Shown here piece by piece: positions 11,983 through 24,082 of a DNA stretch of 64,000 nt; position 1 is the first letter of the stretch; every line of letters starts with the position of its first letter. The position numbers and the translations under genes are program-made. The DNA is taken from contig JAXLNO010000030.1 of assembly GCA_038087875.1 (NCBI GenBank), positions 1-64,000 on the forward strand, in the 5' to 3' direction. Source of the stretch: Malacoraja senta. Lineage: Eukaryota. The notes beneath the pieces were generated by a model. The model did no database searches. It was not told where the DNA came from and saw only the letters and a list, made by a program, of their open reading frames with translations.

Positions 11983-12807
11983 ATGGGAGATTTATTATCA
12001 TTTCAACAATTACAATTAAAATTTAAACTGAAAAACACTCATTATTTTAAATATTTTCAGATTTGTAATTTTTTGAAGACATACATACAGGGATATCAAA
12101 AAATAACTCCTGATTTACTAGAAGAAGTAATGAATATAAAAGCTGATACACAAAAATTAATATCATATTTATATAATAGTATCTTAAATATAGATTTACC
12201 TGTGACCGAGGTAATTAGAGAAGAGTGGGAACGGGAATTATTGATAAAAATTATGAAGGCTATATGGGAAAAGTATTTGACATACATTCACAAGTGTTCG
12301 ATTAACGCAAGACATAACCTAATTCAATTTAAAATTTTACATAGATTATATTACTCAAAAACAAGATTAAATAAATTTTATCCAAATATATCGCCCATTT
12401 GCGATAAATGTTTAACCCAAGACGCAACTATAACATACTCTTTTGTTTCTTGTATAAAACTTCATGGATTTTGGAGTGATATTTTCAAAATATTTACAAA
12501 ACTATTTAAGACAAAAATGGAACCCAATAATGAATTGATTATATTTGGGGTAATGGAAGACGGGAACAAATTGAGCTCATCTCAAAAGTCAATTTTTAAT
12601 TATGGTTTAATAATAGCAAAAAAATTAATATTGAAATTTTGGAAAAATACACCAATACCAACGCTCAAAATGTGGATTGCAAGTATGTTGGATACCGCAC
12701 ATCTTGAGGAAATGCGATTCCTCCTAATAGATCAATTTGACCAATTCATAACGAGTTGGTCTCCATTTGTCGTCTTTTTGGAAACATATGGTGCAAAACA
12801 GGTGTAA
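11983..12807 (+). CDS. L1 ORF2 C-terminal part (zf-RVT/CCHC-like region) after a single frameshift
   Basis: QFKILHRLYYS..CDKC..YSFVSC..FWS, starting 2 nt after the stop of the upstream ORF. Confidence 0.8.
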   Translation: MGDLLSFQQLQLKFKLKNTHYFKYFQICNFLKTYIQGYQKITPDLLEEVMNIKADTQKLISYLYNSILNIDLPVTEVIREEWERELLIKIMKAIWEKYLTYIHKCSINARHNLIQFKILHRLYYSKTRLNKFYPNISPICDKCLTQDATITYSFVSCIKLHGFWSDIFKIFTKLFKTKMEPNNELIIFGVMEDGNKLSSSQKSIFNYGLIIAKKLILKFWKNTPIPTLKMWIASMLDTAHLEEMRFLLIDQFDQFITSWSPFVVFLETYGAKQV

Positions 12808-14899
12808 AAGCTAATCCGTGACTGCGGATGGTCAAGATTATAAATGATCTCCTTCTATTTTCTTTTCTTCTCTTCTCTTCTTTTATTCTCTTTCTTCTAT
12901 TTTCTATGTCTCAACTTTCTTTTTTCATTCTTTATTTTTCTTTTTCACACACTATATATCTCACATTTTTCTATTTTTCATTATCTAACTTTTTTCTTTT
13001 TTAAAAATAAGAAGCTGTACATAAAAGGTATTATGAAAATATGATTGTATACAATTGTACTTACTTCTAATAAAATAAAAATATTTTTAAAAAAAAGAAA
13101 AAAAAGAAAATTTGTTGGCAGCAAAGAGTAGGAGTGAACGGGTCCTTTTCAGAATGGCAGGCAGTGGTGAGTGGAGTGCCGCAAGGCTCGGTGTTGGGGC
13201 CACAACTGTTTACCATATATATTAATGATTTGGAAGAGGGAATTAGGAGCAACACTAGCAAGCTTGCGGATGACACAAAGCTGGGTGGCAGTGTGAACTG
13301 TGAAGAGGATGTTAGGAGGTTGCAGGGTGACCTGGACAGGTTGAGTGAGTGGGCAGATGCGTGGCAGATGCAGTACAATATAGATAAATATGAGGTTATC
13401 CACTTTGGCGGCAAAAACAAGGGGGCAGATTATTATCTCAATGGCGTTAGGTTAGTTAAGGGGGAGGTGCAGCGAGACCTGGGCCTCCTTGTACACCAGT
13501 CACTGAAGGTTGGTTTACAGGTACAGCAGGCAGTGAAGAAAGCTAATGGAATGTTGGCCTTCATAACAAGAGGATTTCAGTATAGGAGTAAAGAGGTTCA
13601 TCTGCAGTTGTATAGGGCTGAGACCACATCTGGAGTATTGTGTACAGTTTTGGTCTCCTAATTTGAGGAAGGACATCCTTGTGATTGAGGCAGTGCAGCG
13701 TAGGTTCACGAGATTGATCCCTGGGATGGCGGGATTGTCATATGAGGAAAGATTGAAAAGAATAGGCTTGTATTCACTGGAGTTTAGAAGGATGAGGGGG
13801 AATCTTATAGAAACATATAAAATTATAGAAGGACTGGACAAGCTAGATGCAGGAAAATTTTCCCCAATGTTGGGCAAGTCCAGAGCCAGGGGCCACAGTC
13901 TTAGAATAAAGGGGGAGGTCATTTAATACTGAGGCGAGAAAAAACTTTTTCACCCAGAAAGTTGTGAATTTATGGAATTCCCTGCCACAGAGGGCCGTGG
14001 AGGTCAAGTAACTGGATGGACTTAAGAGAGAGTTAGATAGAGCTCTAAGGGCTAGTGGAGTCAAGGGATATGGGGAGAAGGCAGGCACGGATTATTGATA
14101 GGGGACGATCAGCCATGATCACAATGAATGGCAGTGCTGGTTTGAAGGGCCGAATGGCCTCCTCCTGCACCTATTTTCTGTGTTCTATGTTCTATGTAAT
14201 TCTCTCTGGATGTAGTGTATCCGTCATTTCTGTAATCCACATCTTCACTGAAGGGACTGCAGCCTGTTTCCAGAATTTTATGAGTTTTTTTGCTGATATT
14301 AGACCGTAATCGAGAAAGCGTCTTTGAGAGACCGTTAGTTTGCTACATGTCTCTGATATTCCCAGTATTATCAATTTTGGGTCTGGCTCTATTGGAGATT
14401 TCAGTGTTTTGTACGTGACGCTGAATACTTCCGTCCAAAAACGTTCTATTTTACTTCGGTCACGTGAGTGACTACGTGAAGAACCCCGCCAGGACGCATG
14501 CGTGTCATAGTCAAGCAGTATTGTGAAACAGTCAAGGGGGGAACGACGTTCCCCCTCACCGGCAAAATTTAAAAGCCGGGAACTGCAGGTAAGTGATACT
14601 CTGCGTTCTTTCTGTTCTCTACATACTGTTTTACAGGTGTAGACTCCAATGGACAAAACGAGGAAAACCAAGAAGGCTTCTCCAAAGCTGGCGAGGGAGG
14701 ACTGCGGAGTTGCGGGCAGCCAGCAGCACGTGAATCACCCGTAATGGGAACAGCTGTGCCCGACTTCGGCCCCGCACCGGCCAGATCTACACCGCGGCCG
14801 GGCGGTAAGGCAATACAAAAGTCTAATAAAGTCGTTGACTAGGATGAGTCCGACTTTGAGCAGCCGCGAGCGGCCAGTGACCGTGAACGCTGGAGCCGG

Positions 14900-15760
14900 A
14901 TGGAGCGGCTTATGGAGCAAATGCTCCAACGTGACAGGCTCCTGGAGATGGAGTCTAGTCACTGTGGGCAATTTATTATACCCACAGCAGCACCTCTTGT
15001 AGGTCTGCACAGTGCATCTCCCTCGTCAGAGGGGAGTACTGGGGGTCAATTCTGGGCTGACCCTGAAGAGGGGTTTCCAGAACAAACATCAAGTGTGCGA
15101 GGGGTGCAGGAAGACCAAAATCTACTGGACATGGTGTCCCAATTCGTACAGCCAGACCAAACTGGCCGAAACCTGGAACCGAAACTAGCTGCCAGTATTG
15201 ACTATATGTCATTTAAGCAGCTACAGGAACAGGCTGTATTTGACACCACGGCAAGACATTTGCCACCTGGGAACTGTACATCTCTGAATGTTCCCATTGT
15301 AAATAATTGCATATGGAAACACGTCGGAGCAGGAGTTAGAGGCATGGATGTCAAACTCCAAAAAGTACTAAAGCTCCTAACAACGGGAATAACAGCTTTC
15401 GCCCGGACAGTAGATGAAAAGGAGATGTCGCAGGATCAACAGGATGCACTGGCACTGCTCTGTAATACACAATACGAAATTAACGTCATCAGGAAGAGTG
15501 CCATTCAACCTGCTTTAAACCCGAAATTTGCAGGTCTGTGCAAACCTGGCAACATAAAACCACCAATTTTACTATTTGGAGGTAACCTATCCAAACAAGT
15601 CAAAGAGCTCGATGAGGAGGCAAAAACCCTGGGGCTCATCAAAGCGACCTCATCAAAACCCTACTATGGTCATAAACAGCACCCTTATGTATCCACCAGT
15701 AGAACAAGACAAACTGGTGAAAGCTCAAAGGCCAGGTACACTGCACATGGGTCTTTTTAG
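14900..15760 (+). CDS. DIRS ORF1 (gag-like), outer copy
   Basis: 286-aa ORF between the left ITR and RT. Homologous segments (LNVP, LKLLTTGITA, QYEIN, PALNP) recur in the inner copy. Confidence 0.7.
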   Translation: MERLMEQMLQRDRLLEMESSHCGQFIIPTAAPLVGLHSASPSSEGSTGGQFWADPEEGFPEQTSSVRGVQEDQNLLDMVSQFVQPDQTGRNLEPKLAASIDYMSFKQLQEQAVFDTTARHLPPGNCTSLNVPIVNNCIWKHVGAGVRGMDVKLQKVLKLLTTGITAFARTVDEKEMSQDQQDALALLCNTQYEINVIRKSAIQPALNPKFAGLCKPGNIKPPILLFGGNLSKQVKELDEEAKTLGLIKATSSKPYYGHKQHPYVSTSRTRQTGESSKARYTAHGSF

Positions 15761-16646
15761 GCCATGGCCCAGACCGGCCTTCGTGGAAGATGCGCAAACC
15801 CCCAACGCCAACCCAACCACAAACCCAGACACCGGCATCTCAACCTCCACGAAGGATTCACAAAAGGAAGTAAACCAGCCACTGGTAACTATGGAGGTAG
15901 GTGGGTCTGGTTCCTTACGAATTGCAGGGAGTATGGAGGTTGGTGGGAAATTACACTTCTTTCTGGATGAATCGAGTATGTTAACTACAGACACTTATAT
16001 TTTAAGCAGTATCCAGGGATATACCATAGAATTTATACACAAACATAGCCCTCCAGTTCAGCATGTACCGAACCGAATGTTCGTACTTTCAGGTAAAGAA
16101 AAATCAGAAGCACATGCTAAACTGGAGCGGCTTTACGCAAAACGGGTAATTGAAAAAACCCAACACGAATCGCTGTAATTTGTGTCCAATATCTTTACCA
16201 AAAACAAAAAAGATGGTGGTTGTCGCATTATCATAGATTTGACAAATTTGAATACTTTTGTACAATATATTCATTTCACAATGGAAACCTTTGTTACTGC
16301 TAAACAATTGATTTCCAAAGGTTACTTCATGGCTAGCATCGATTTAAAAGATGCTTACTATTCAGTCCCTATACAAGGTGACCACAGATGTTATTTAAAA
16401 TTCAACTGGATGGGACAGCTCTGGCAGTACAGAGCACTACCAAATGGGCTAACCTCAGCCCCTAGGCTGTTCACTAAAATTTTGAAACCAGCTCTATCGT
16501 TTCTGCGGAAACAAAAACACATGGTGATGGCATAACTAGATGACATCCTCATTGTGGGCAAAACTTTGGAATTGGCCAAAGAAACGGTAACAGCCACAAA
16601 ACAATTATTTAAAAAACGGGTTTATCATCCATCCAGTTAAATCTAA

Positions 16647-19600
16647 ATTTTACTTCGGAGTCACGTGAGTGACTTCGTGAAGACCCCGTCCAGCACGCAT
16701 GCGCGACATTAGCGTTCACGCAGTGCAACAGCGACCACCGGGAGTACAGGCGCTCCCGCTACACGTCGGTGAAAATAAACAGCGGACCTTCAGGTAAGTC
16801 TCACACTGAGGTCGTAATCCGCAAGCTGTGCTCTGCTCTGCTCTCTATTCCAGAGGAACTGGGAACAGGAGCAGCACGGCAAAGGAAGAAAACCGCCCCC
16901 CGTACGACTCCAACAGAACGGGAGTGTTCCTTCAGTGGGGGGCGAGAGGCGGCACCTGGACCGCATATGCGGCGGTCCACCCTCATCGAGACCGAGCCGA
17001 GCCCAGTCCCGCTAGCGCAGCCTGATGAGCGGCAGCGGGCTGGAGGAAAAGTTTAAACAAACAAACAAACAAACAAACCGGCCAGTTATGTCTGACTCCG
17101 ATGAGGAGGGTCCGCCTTAGAGCGGCAGAGCTAGCCGCCTGAGCCGAATGAAAAGGCTCATGGAGCAACTGCTCCAGCGAGACTTGCTTCAGGAGCTACA
17201 GCAGTCTCGCCAGGGGGATCAGGCACTCCCACAGCAGTGCTCTATAAATGCACTGGCCATCGCTTTCCCCTCAAAGCAGGGCAGCGTTGGCGACCAGGGC
17301 TGGGCTGGTCAGGAAGAGGGGTCATTGGCTGAAGATGTCGGGAGTACGCTTGGGGTACAGGATCAGGAAGAGCTGCTGGGTGTGGAGATTCGCTACGTGG
17401 TTTGACCACGAGCAGGGCGGCCATTCGAGCCAAAACTGGCGGCCAGCATCAACCACCTGTCCCTCAAACCCCTAAAAGACAGGTACTTAATGAGGCACTA
17501 GAGCTGGAAAACTGCAGTTCGCTCAATGTACCGGCTGTTAACAGCCAAATCTGGGGGGGGGGGACAGAGTATCCGGAACCAGGAGCTAAAATCCTCAAGC
17601 TCCTGACGACAGGGATAACAGCCTATGCTCGTTCCGTGGATGGGGTGGATATGACCACAAACCAGCAAGACACTCTGGCTCTGCTGTGCTACACCCAATA
17701 TGAGATAAATAACCTCCACAAGGAGAGAATAAGACCTGCCCTCAATCCCAGGTTTACAGGACTGTGTAAAACACCGGCCTCAGAGCCGCAGATCCTGTTA
17801 TTTGGAAGGACAAGTGAAAGACCTGGAGGAAGAGTCCAAAGCATTTGGCCTCATGAGGGCAGGCCCCGGAACGAGCAGACCCACACAAAAAACCAGACGG
17901 CAGTACCCCACCGCGTCCACCAGTCAAGGTCAAATTTATGTAACTGGTGAAAGCTCGGGGTCCGCATACTATCCCCGAAAGCCTTTTTAGGCCAGGGCCC
18001 AGAGCGGACCCCATGGAAAATGCGCCACCCCCAATCAGCAGTACATCAGCAGTACATCCAGCAGTATAACGACGGATGAACAAACGGAAGAAAGGAACAC
18101 TACCATAACTATGGAGGTAGGTGGGTCTGGTTCCTACCAGCATGTAAATGGGGAACTGTACTAACAGGAGGTGTCTCACGAATGATAGTTATATACTTAA
18201 CAGTATTCGGGGATACAAAATAGAGTTCATTCACGAAAACATGCCACCAGTTCAGCACGTACCCAAAAGGGTCTTTACCCTCTCAGTCAAAGAGAACTAG
18301 AGGCTCAAGCAGAACTGGTGAGGTTACTTACAAAGGGTGTCATTGAGAAATCCAAACATGATCCTTTGGAATTTGTCTCAAATATATTTACCAAAAGTAA
18401 AAAAGATGGTGGATGTCGCATCATCATTGACTTAACCTCACTAAATACCTTTGTTAAGTATGTACATTTCAAAATGGAAACATTTGTAACTGCTAAACAA
18501 CTGATTTCCAAAGGATACTTTATGGCAAGCATTGATTTAAAAGATGCCTACTATTCAGTACCCATTCACAAGGGTCATCGCAGATACCTGAAAATTTACC
18601 TGGATGGGGCAACTATGGCAGTATAAAGTATTGCCTAATGGGTTGACATCAGCCTTAGACATATTGTCATGGCGTATCTTGATGATATCCTAATAGTTGG
18701 CAAAACCATGGAATTGGCTAATCAGCTGTATTAGCTACCAAATAATAGTTTGAAACCCTGGGTTTGTCATACATCCAGATAAATCTAAGTTGATGCCATC
18801 CACTTCTATGGACTATCTGGGATTCAATTAACTCAATCCACATGTCTGTAACGTTGCCAAAAGGTAAAGCAGCAGAATTGGCACAGATGTGCAACAATTT
18901 AATGGTAAGCAATCGACCAACCATCCCACAAGTGGCAAGAGTAATTGGCAAAATGGTAGCAGCATTTTCAGCTACACAATTTGGACTCCTGCACTATCAG
19001 CACCTACAAAGGGCAAAAGTACAGGCGTTGAAACGACATGCAGGTCACTTTGACAGATCCATGAAACTACCCATTGAAGCAATATCAGAGTTACAATGGT
19101 GGATATAACACATTTGGCATAGTTCCAGCCCTATCATCATCAATAACCCAACGTTAACTATACAAACAGATGCCAGTGCTCAAGGCTGGGGAGCAACTAA
19201 TACCATATCCAGCACAGGTGGTAGATGGACTAACCTAGACTCGTCTTTACTACAAACACTGGGCATAAATTATTTGGAAATGTTGGGTGCGTTTTATGGT
19301 TTTAAAGCATATTCTAGGAATATGCACAACTTGCATGTTCATTTACAAATTGATAATATCACGGTGGTGGCCTATATTAACCATATGGCCGGAATAAAAT
19401 CGATATCATGTGACAATTGGGTCAACACAATCTGGTAATGGTGGGTCGATAGACATATTTGGCTATCAGCAACTTACCTACCAGGTAAGCTAAATACAGT
19501 GCCAGGTCATGCAAATTCAATGATAAACACCAAATGGATGTTAAATCCTAGAGCTTTGCTAAAATTACAAACCAATATGGCACACCAGATATCGATCTCT

Positions 19601-21409
19601 TTGCATCCAGACTAAATCACCACGTACCAATGTATGTCCCTTGGGAACCACACCCTGAGGCAGCAGCGATAGATGCATTCGCGCTGAACTAGGGGACAGA
19701 TTTCTTCTATGCTTTTTCCCCTTCTGCCTTAATCTGTAGGGTACTACGCAAAATACAGATGGACTCTGCTTCGGGTATTTTGATAGTACCAACTGGCCTA
19801 CACAGCCATGATTCCCAGTGGTCCTCGACATGGTCATCGAAACTCCTATGACCTTTCCCAGTAGCCCAGACCTATTGACGCACCCTGTATCAGGCATAAG
19901 TCATCCATGCCATGACAAAATTAACCTACTGGGTTGCAGATTATCAAAAGACCACTGCTGGGACTGGGATTGTCTGACAGGACCATCAACATGATGACAC
20001 CGTATGTCCACCAGGAAACAATACCTATCGAGCATCAGGAAGTGGGAAAGATACTGCTCGACTACTGGGACAACGTACTCATCTGCAACCATAACCAATG
20101 TACTGGAGTTCCTGGGGGGCCTTCACCATAATGAAGGATTGAGCTACAGCGCCATCAATACTGCCAGACGTGCGCTGTCAGCCTACTTAAAACAGGTGCC
20201 AGGACAACAGGCCATAGGGTCTCACCCGCTGGTGATCAAACTCATGAGGAGTATCGTCAACTCCAACCCTCTTAGACCTAGGTATACACAAATCTGGGAT
20301 GTCAGTGTGGTCCTGACATACCTAAGGGGATGGTCCCCAGCCAGGTCTCTCACCCTGGAAAAGCTAACCCTGAAAACGGTCATGCTGATGCTACTAGTCT
20401 CAGCACAAAGAGTCCAGTCCCTCCACTTACTGCGACTGGACAACATGGTTATAACACCAGACCGGGTCTCATTCACCATTCAGGAGCTGCTAAAGCAGAG
20501 CAAGCCAGGAACTTGAGTCCTAGTTATGGATTTCCGGGCATACCCACCTGACCTACGGTTGTGTGTCATGACTCACTTATTCACTTACATCAACACAACA
20601 AGAGATTCTCGAGGGAGAAGGAAAAAATAAATAAATAAATAAATAAATAAATTAAAAAGCCTTATGGGTCAGCCACAAGAAACCTCATGGTTGGGTGTCG
20701 AGCCAAACCATCTCGAGATGGCTCAAGCAGGTACTGGGAGCTGCTGGAGTAGATACTGATGTATATACATCTCACTCCACCAGGGCAGCATCCACATCGG
20801 CGGCTAAAAGAATGAACATGGAGAAAACGTTCCAAACGTTCTACCACAAGCCGCTAGCAGAACCTGTGTTATTTGCAGAAAGAGTTTTAAAATCTGCAAA
20901 ATTATATAATTTAAGCCCGGGGGAGCATTTTGTCTTTTGTTATTGTTTAATAGATACCATTATTGTTTACAAACAGATTATGGTTGATTACGATAACATA
21001 CTTCCTCCCTTGAATGACTTCGGCAGCGAGTGAAGTATGAACTGTTACACGGTTTGAAATCACAGAGCTTTGAAGTCTTCACGAAGTCACTCACGTGACT
21101 CCGAAGTAAAATAGTAAGATTAAACGAGAACTTACCAGTTTGAAGTTTGATCTGTATTTTATGAGGAGTTACGATGAGGGATTACGTGCCCTCCGCTCCC
21201 TCCCTCAAATATATAGATCAACAGGTATCTTAGTTCTCCTTTTCTTTACTATGTTTATTTCAATTATTGTGTTTCCTGTGATTCCACACCGCTGCTTTGA
21301 AGAATGTCGCGCATGCGTGCTGGACGGGGTCTTCACGTAATCCCTCATCGTAACTCCTCATAAAATACAGATCAAACTTCAAACTGGTAAGTTCTCGTTT
21401 AATCTTACT
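16647..21409 (+). mobile_element. DIRS1-type retrotransposon (inner copy, related but distinct family), full length, inactivated
   Basis: Left end attttacttcggagtcacgtgagtgacttcgtgaagacccc, ICR at ~21077-21188, right end ..gttctcgtttaatcttact. Remnants of gag ~17148-17990, RT/RH/MT ~18110-19940 and YR ~19934-20920. Confidence 0.95.
19934..20920 (+). pseudogene. DIRS tyrosine recombinase, inner copy, frameshifted
   Basis: GLSYSAINTAR, WDVSVVL, SAQRVQSL, TISRWLK, HSTRAASTS. A (TAAA)n expansion lies at ~20625-20652. Confidence 0.88.
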
Positions 21410-22498
21410 ATTAAACCTTTCCACCACAATGGATTATTTGGGGTTCACCATTAACTCAGTTCACATGTCGGTGACTTTGCCTAAGGAAAAGGCTATAGCC
21501 TTAATCAGTAAACCATCCATCAGATTGGTAGCAAGAATAATTGGCAAAATAGTGGCTGCCTTTCCAGCCACACAATTTGGACCTTTACATTATCAAAATT
21601 TACAGAGGGCAAAAATACGAGCACTCAAAGTTAATGCTGGTCATTTTGACAGACCAATGAAGCTACCAATCGAAGCCATAATGGTGGACAGATAACAGTC
21701 AGCATTGTTCCAATCCAATCGTTATCAGCAACCCTTCTATGGTGCTACAAACGGATGCCAGTGCACTTGGTTGGGGTGCTACCAATTCCATCTCCAGCTG
21801 TATGACCTAAAGTCATATTGTTCTGGGTTATATCACCAGCATGTTAGACTACAGATTGACAATACCACGGTGGCAGCATATATCAACTACATGGGTGGAA
21901 ACAAATCGATATCATGTGACAAGCTGGCCAACACAATTTGGCAATGGTGTATCCAGAAAAATATTTGGATATCAGCCACTTACCTACCAAGTAAACTAAA
22001 TTCAGTGGCAGACACCAGGTCACGCAAGTTTAATGAAAATACCGAATGGATGTTGGATAAAAAAGTATTTGCTGATATTACAGCATGGTATGGAACACCA
22101 GATATCGATCTGTTCGCATCCAGGCTTAATCACCAGTTATCAAACTATGTTTCATGGGAACCAGATCCTGGGGCAGTGGCGACAGATGCATTTTCACTGC
22201 ATTGGGGGAAATTGTTTATTTATGCATTCCCTCCTTTCTGCCTCATCAGTCGGGTATTAAGGAAAATACAGCAAAACTCTGCGTCTGGTATTTTGGTAGT
22301 ACCCGATTGGCCTACTCAACCATGGTTCCCTGTGATATTCGACATGGTATTAGAACCATGCATCACCATCTGGCATAGACCAGATTTACTGGTTCATCCC
22401 GTAACAAGAGAAAGCCACCCATGTCATAACCATATGAACTTATTAATTTGTAGAGTCTAAAAGTACCTCTACTGCAACTGGGACTGACGGACCGAACA

Positions 22499-23424
22499 GT
22501 GAACATTATTTCAGCGGCCCACAGACAGTCCACCAAAAAACAGTACCTGGTATACATCAGGAAATGGGAGATGTACTGTCACAGAAACAACATCACCTAC
22601 ACATCCATGAACATCCTGTCTGTTCTGGAATTCTTGGCAGGCCTCCATTACGATGAGGGGCTCAGTTATAGTGCCATCAACTGCGCCAGAAGTGCCCTGT
22701 CAACATATCTATACCAAGGAACAGAGCGTCATTCTGTTGGAACACACCCCCTGGTAACAAAACTTATGAGGGGAATTTTTTATATCAATCCCCCAAGAAC
22801 CAGGTACTCCCAAATATGGGATGTGAGTATTGTCCTGATGATGCTAAGGAATTGGTCTCCAGCAAAAACTCTGTCCCTACAAAGACTGACACTGAAAAGC
22901 TGATGGCATTGGTCACGGCACAAAGGGTACAGTCATTACATAAGTTAAGACTGGACAACATGACTTCTTCATCTGGAAATATAACGTGTCATATTTATGA
23001 ATTAGTCAAGCAGAATAGACCAGGGTCAGCAGGCCTCAATATAGAATTTAGGGCTTACCCGATAGATGATCGTTTCTGTATAGTAAGACATTTACTGCTA
23101 TATATGGAGAACACAAAAATCATCAGAGGCAAAGAGATGGCACTATTAATCAGCCACAAGCAACCTCACAAAAAAGTGACGGTCCAGACCATCTCAAGAT
23201 GGCTGAAACAGGTTCTATTAAAGGCTGGGGTGGATACTGACATTTTCAAATCTCATTCCACCAGGGCTGCAGCTACATCGGCAGCTATGCAGTTGGATGT
23301 TCCGATGGACCAAATCCTCAAGCCAGCAGGATGGTCAACGGAGAAACCTTTCCAACTATTTTATCATAAACCAGTAATTAAATCTGGAACGTTTGCAGAA
23401 ACAATTTTAAGTTCTGTAATATAA
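22499..23424 (+). pseudogene. DIRS tyrosine recombinase, outer copy, frameshifted
   Basis: GLSYSAINCARSAL, TAQRVQSL, TISRWLK, HSTRAAATS, AGWS..FY. Confidence 0.9.
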
Positions 23425-24082
23425 TTTCACCCCATAAACAGGGGCTATAATTTGGTGTTAATAACTTTATCATGAATTTCAATGTTGTATTCATGTCTAA
23501 ACATGTTAACACAATTCCTCCCATAGTCATTAAGGCAGATGTGATGCATGGACTCGTTTCCACGGCATGAAATCAGAGCTTTGAAATCTTCACGTAGTCA
23601 CTCACGTGACTCCGAAGTAAAATAGTAAGATTAAACGAGAACTTTACAGTTCGAAGTTTGATCATTATTTTATGAGGAGTACGTTGAGGGAATACGTGCC
23701 CTCCGCTCCCACCCTTGATCATATACTCAACTGGTATCATCTTTTCTAATCTTACTATGTTCAGTCATTACAGTTATCTGTGATTTCACACCACTGCTTT
23801 GAAGAATGACACGCATGCGTCCTGGCGGGGTTCTTCACGTATTCCCTCAACGTACTCCTCATAAAATAATGATCAAACTTCGAACTGGTAAGTTCTCGTT
23901 TAATCTTACTATTTTTGTACACAGTACAAAACTGTGGGTTAAAGTGGTTTCTCGAGTGACATTTATGGCAAATAGGGGCAACACTGGGGAAAATCTTGCT
24001 CAGTTTGGTTTTTGAGTAGTACAGCCTGTGCAGCACTTTGAACTGTATCAGGCAGTGTCTGGCACTTAAGGAGCAATAATGA

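Larger units (their letters stand above)
8425..13104 (+). mobile_element. L1-clade LINE, 5'-truncated (no ORF1), near-intact ORF2
   Basis: Perfect 16-bp TSD agaaaatttgttggca (8409-8424 and 13105-13120), AATAAA plus A-rich tail, and an EN-RT ORF2. Confidence 0.95.
5205..14197 (+). mobile_element. Host CR1 LINE, degenerate, in pieces ~5205-5845, 7861-8424 and 13121-14197, split by younger insertions
   Basis: ORF2 motifs continue across the inserts (FTKEDTNILPD | VLEDRGS; WIENLLA | [10 protein letters not shown]), and a (TTCTATG)n tail lies at ~14176-14197. Confidence 0.85.
15891..22460 (+). pseudogene. DIRS RT-RNaseH-methyltransferase-like ORF, outer copy (15891-16646 plus 21410-22460), disrupted
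   Basis: KKDGGCRIIIDL, SIDLKDAYY, LPNGLTSAPRLFTK, *LDDIL, DYLGF, IDNTTV, DLFASRLN, YAFPPF. Confidence 0.9.
14448..23910 (+). mobile_element. DIRS1-type tyrosine-recombinase retrotransposon (outer copy), full length, inactivated
   Basis: The left ITR acgtgaagaaccccgccaggacgcatgcgtgtcat is complementary to ~23806-23840. An ICR at ~23588-23698 is complementary to both termini. gag, RT/RH/MT and YR ORFs are present. Confidence 0.95.
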
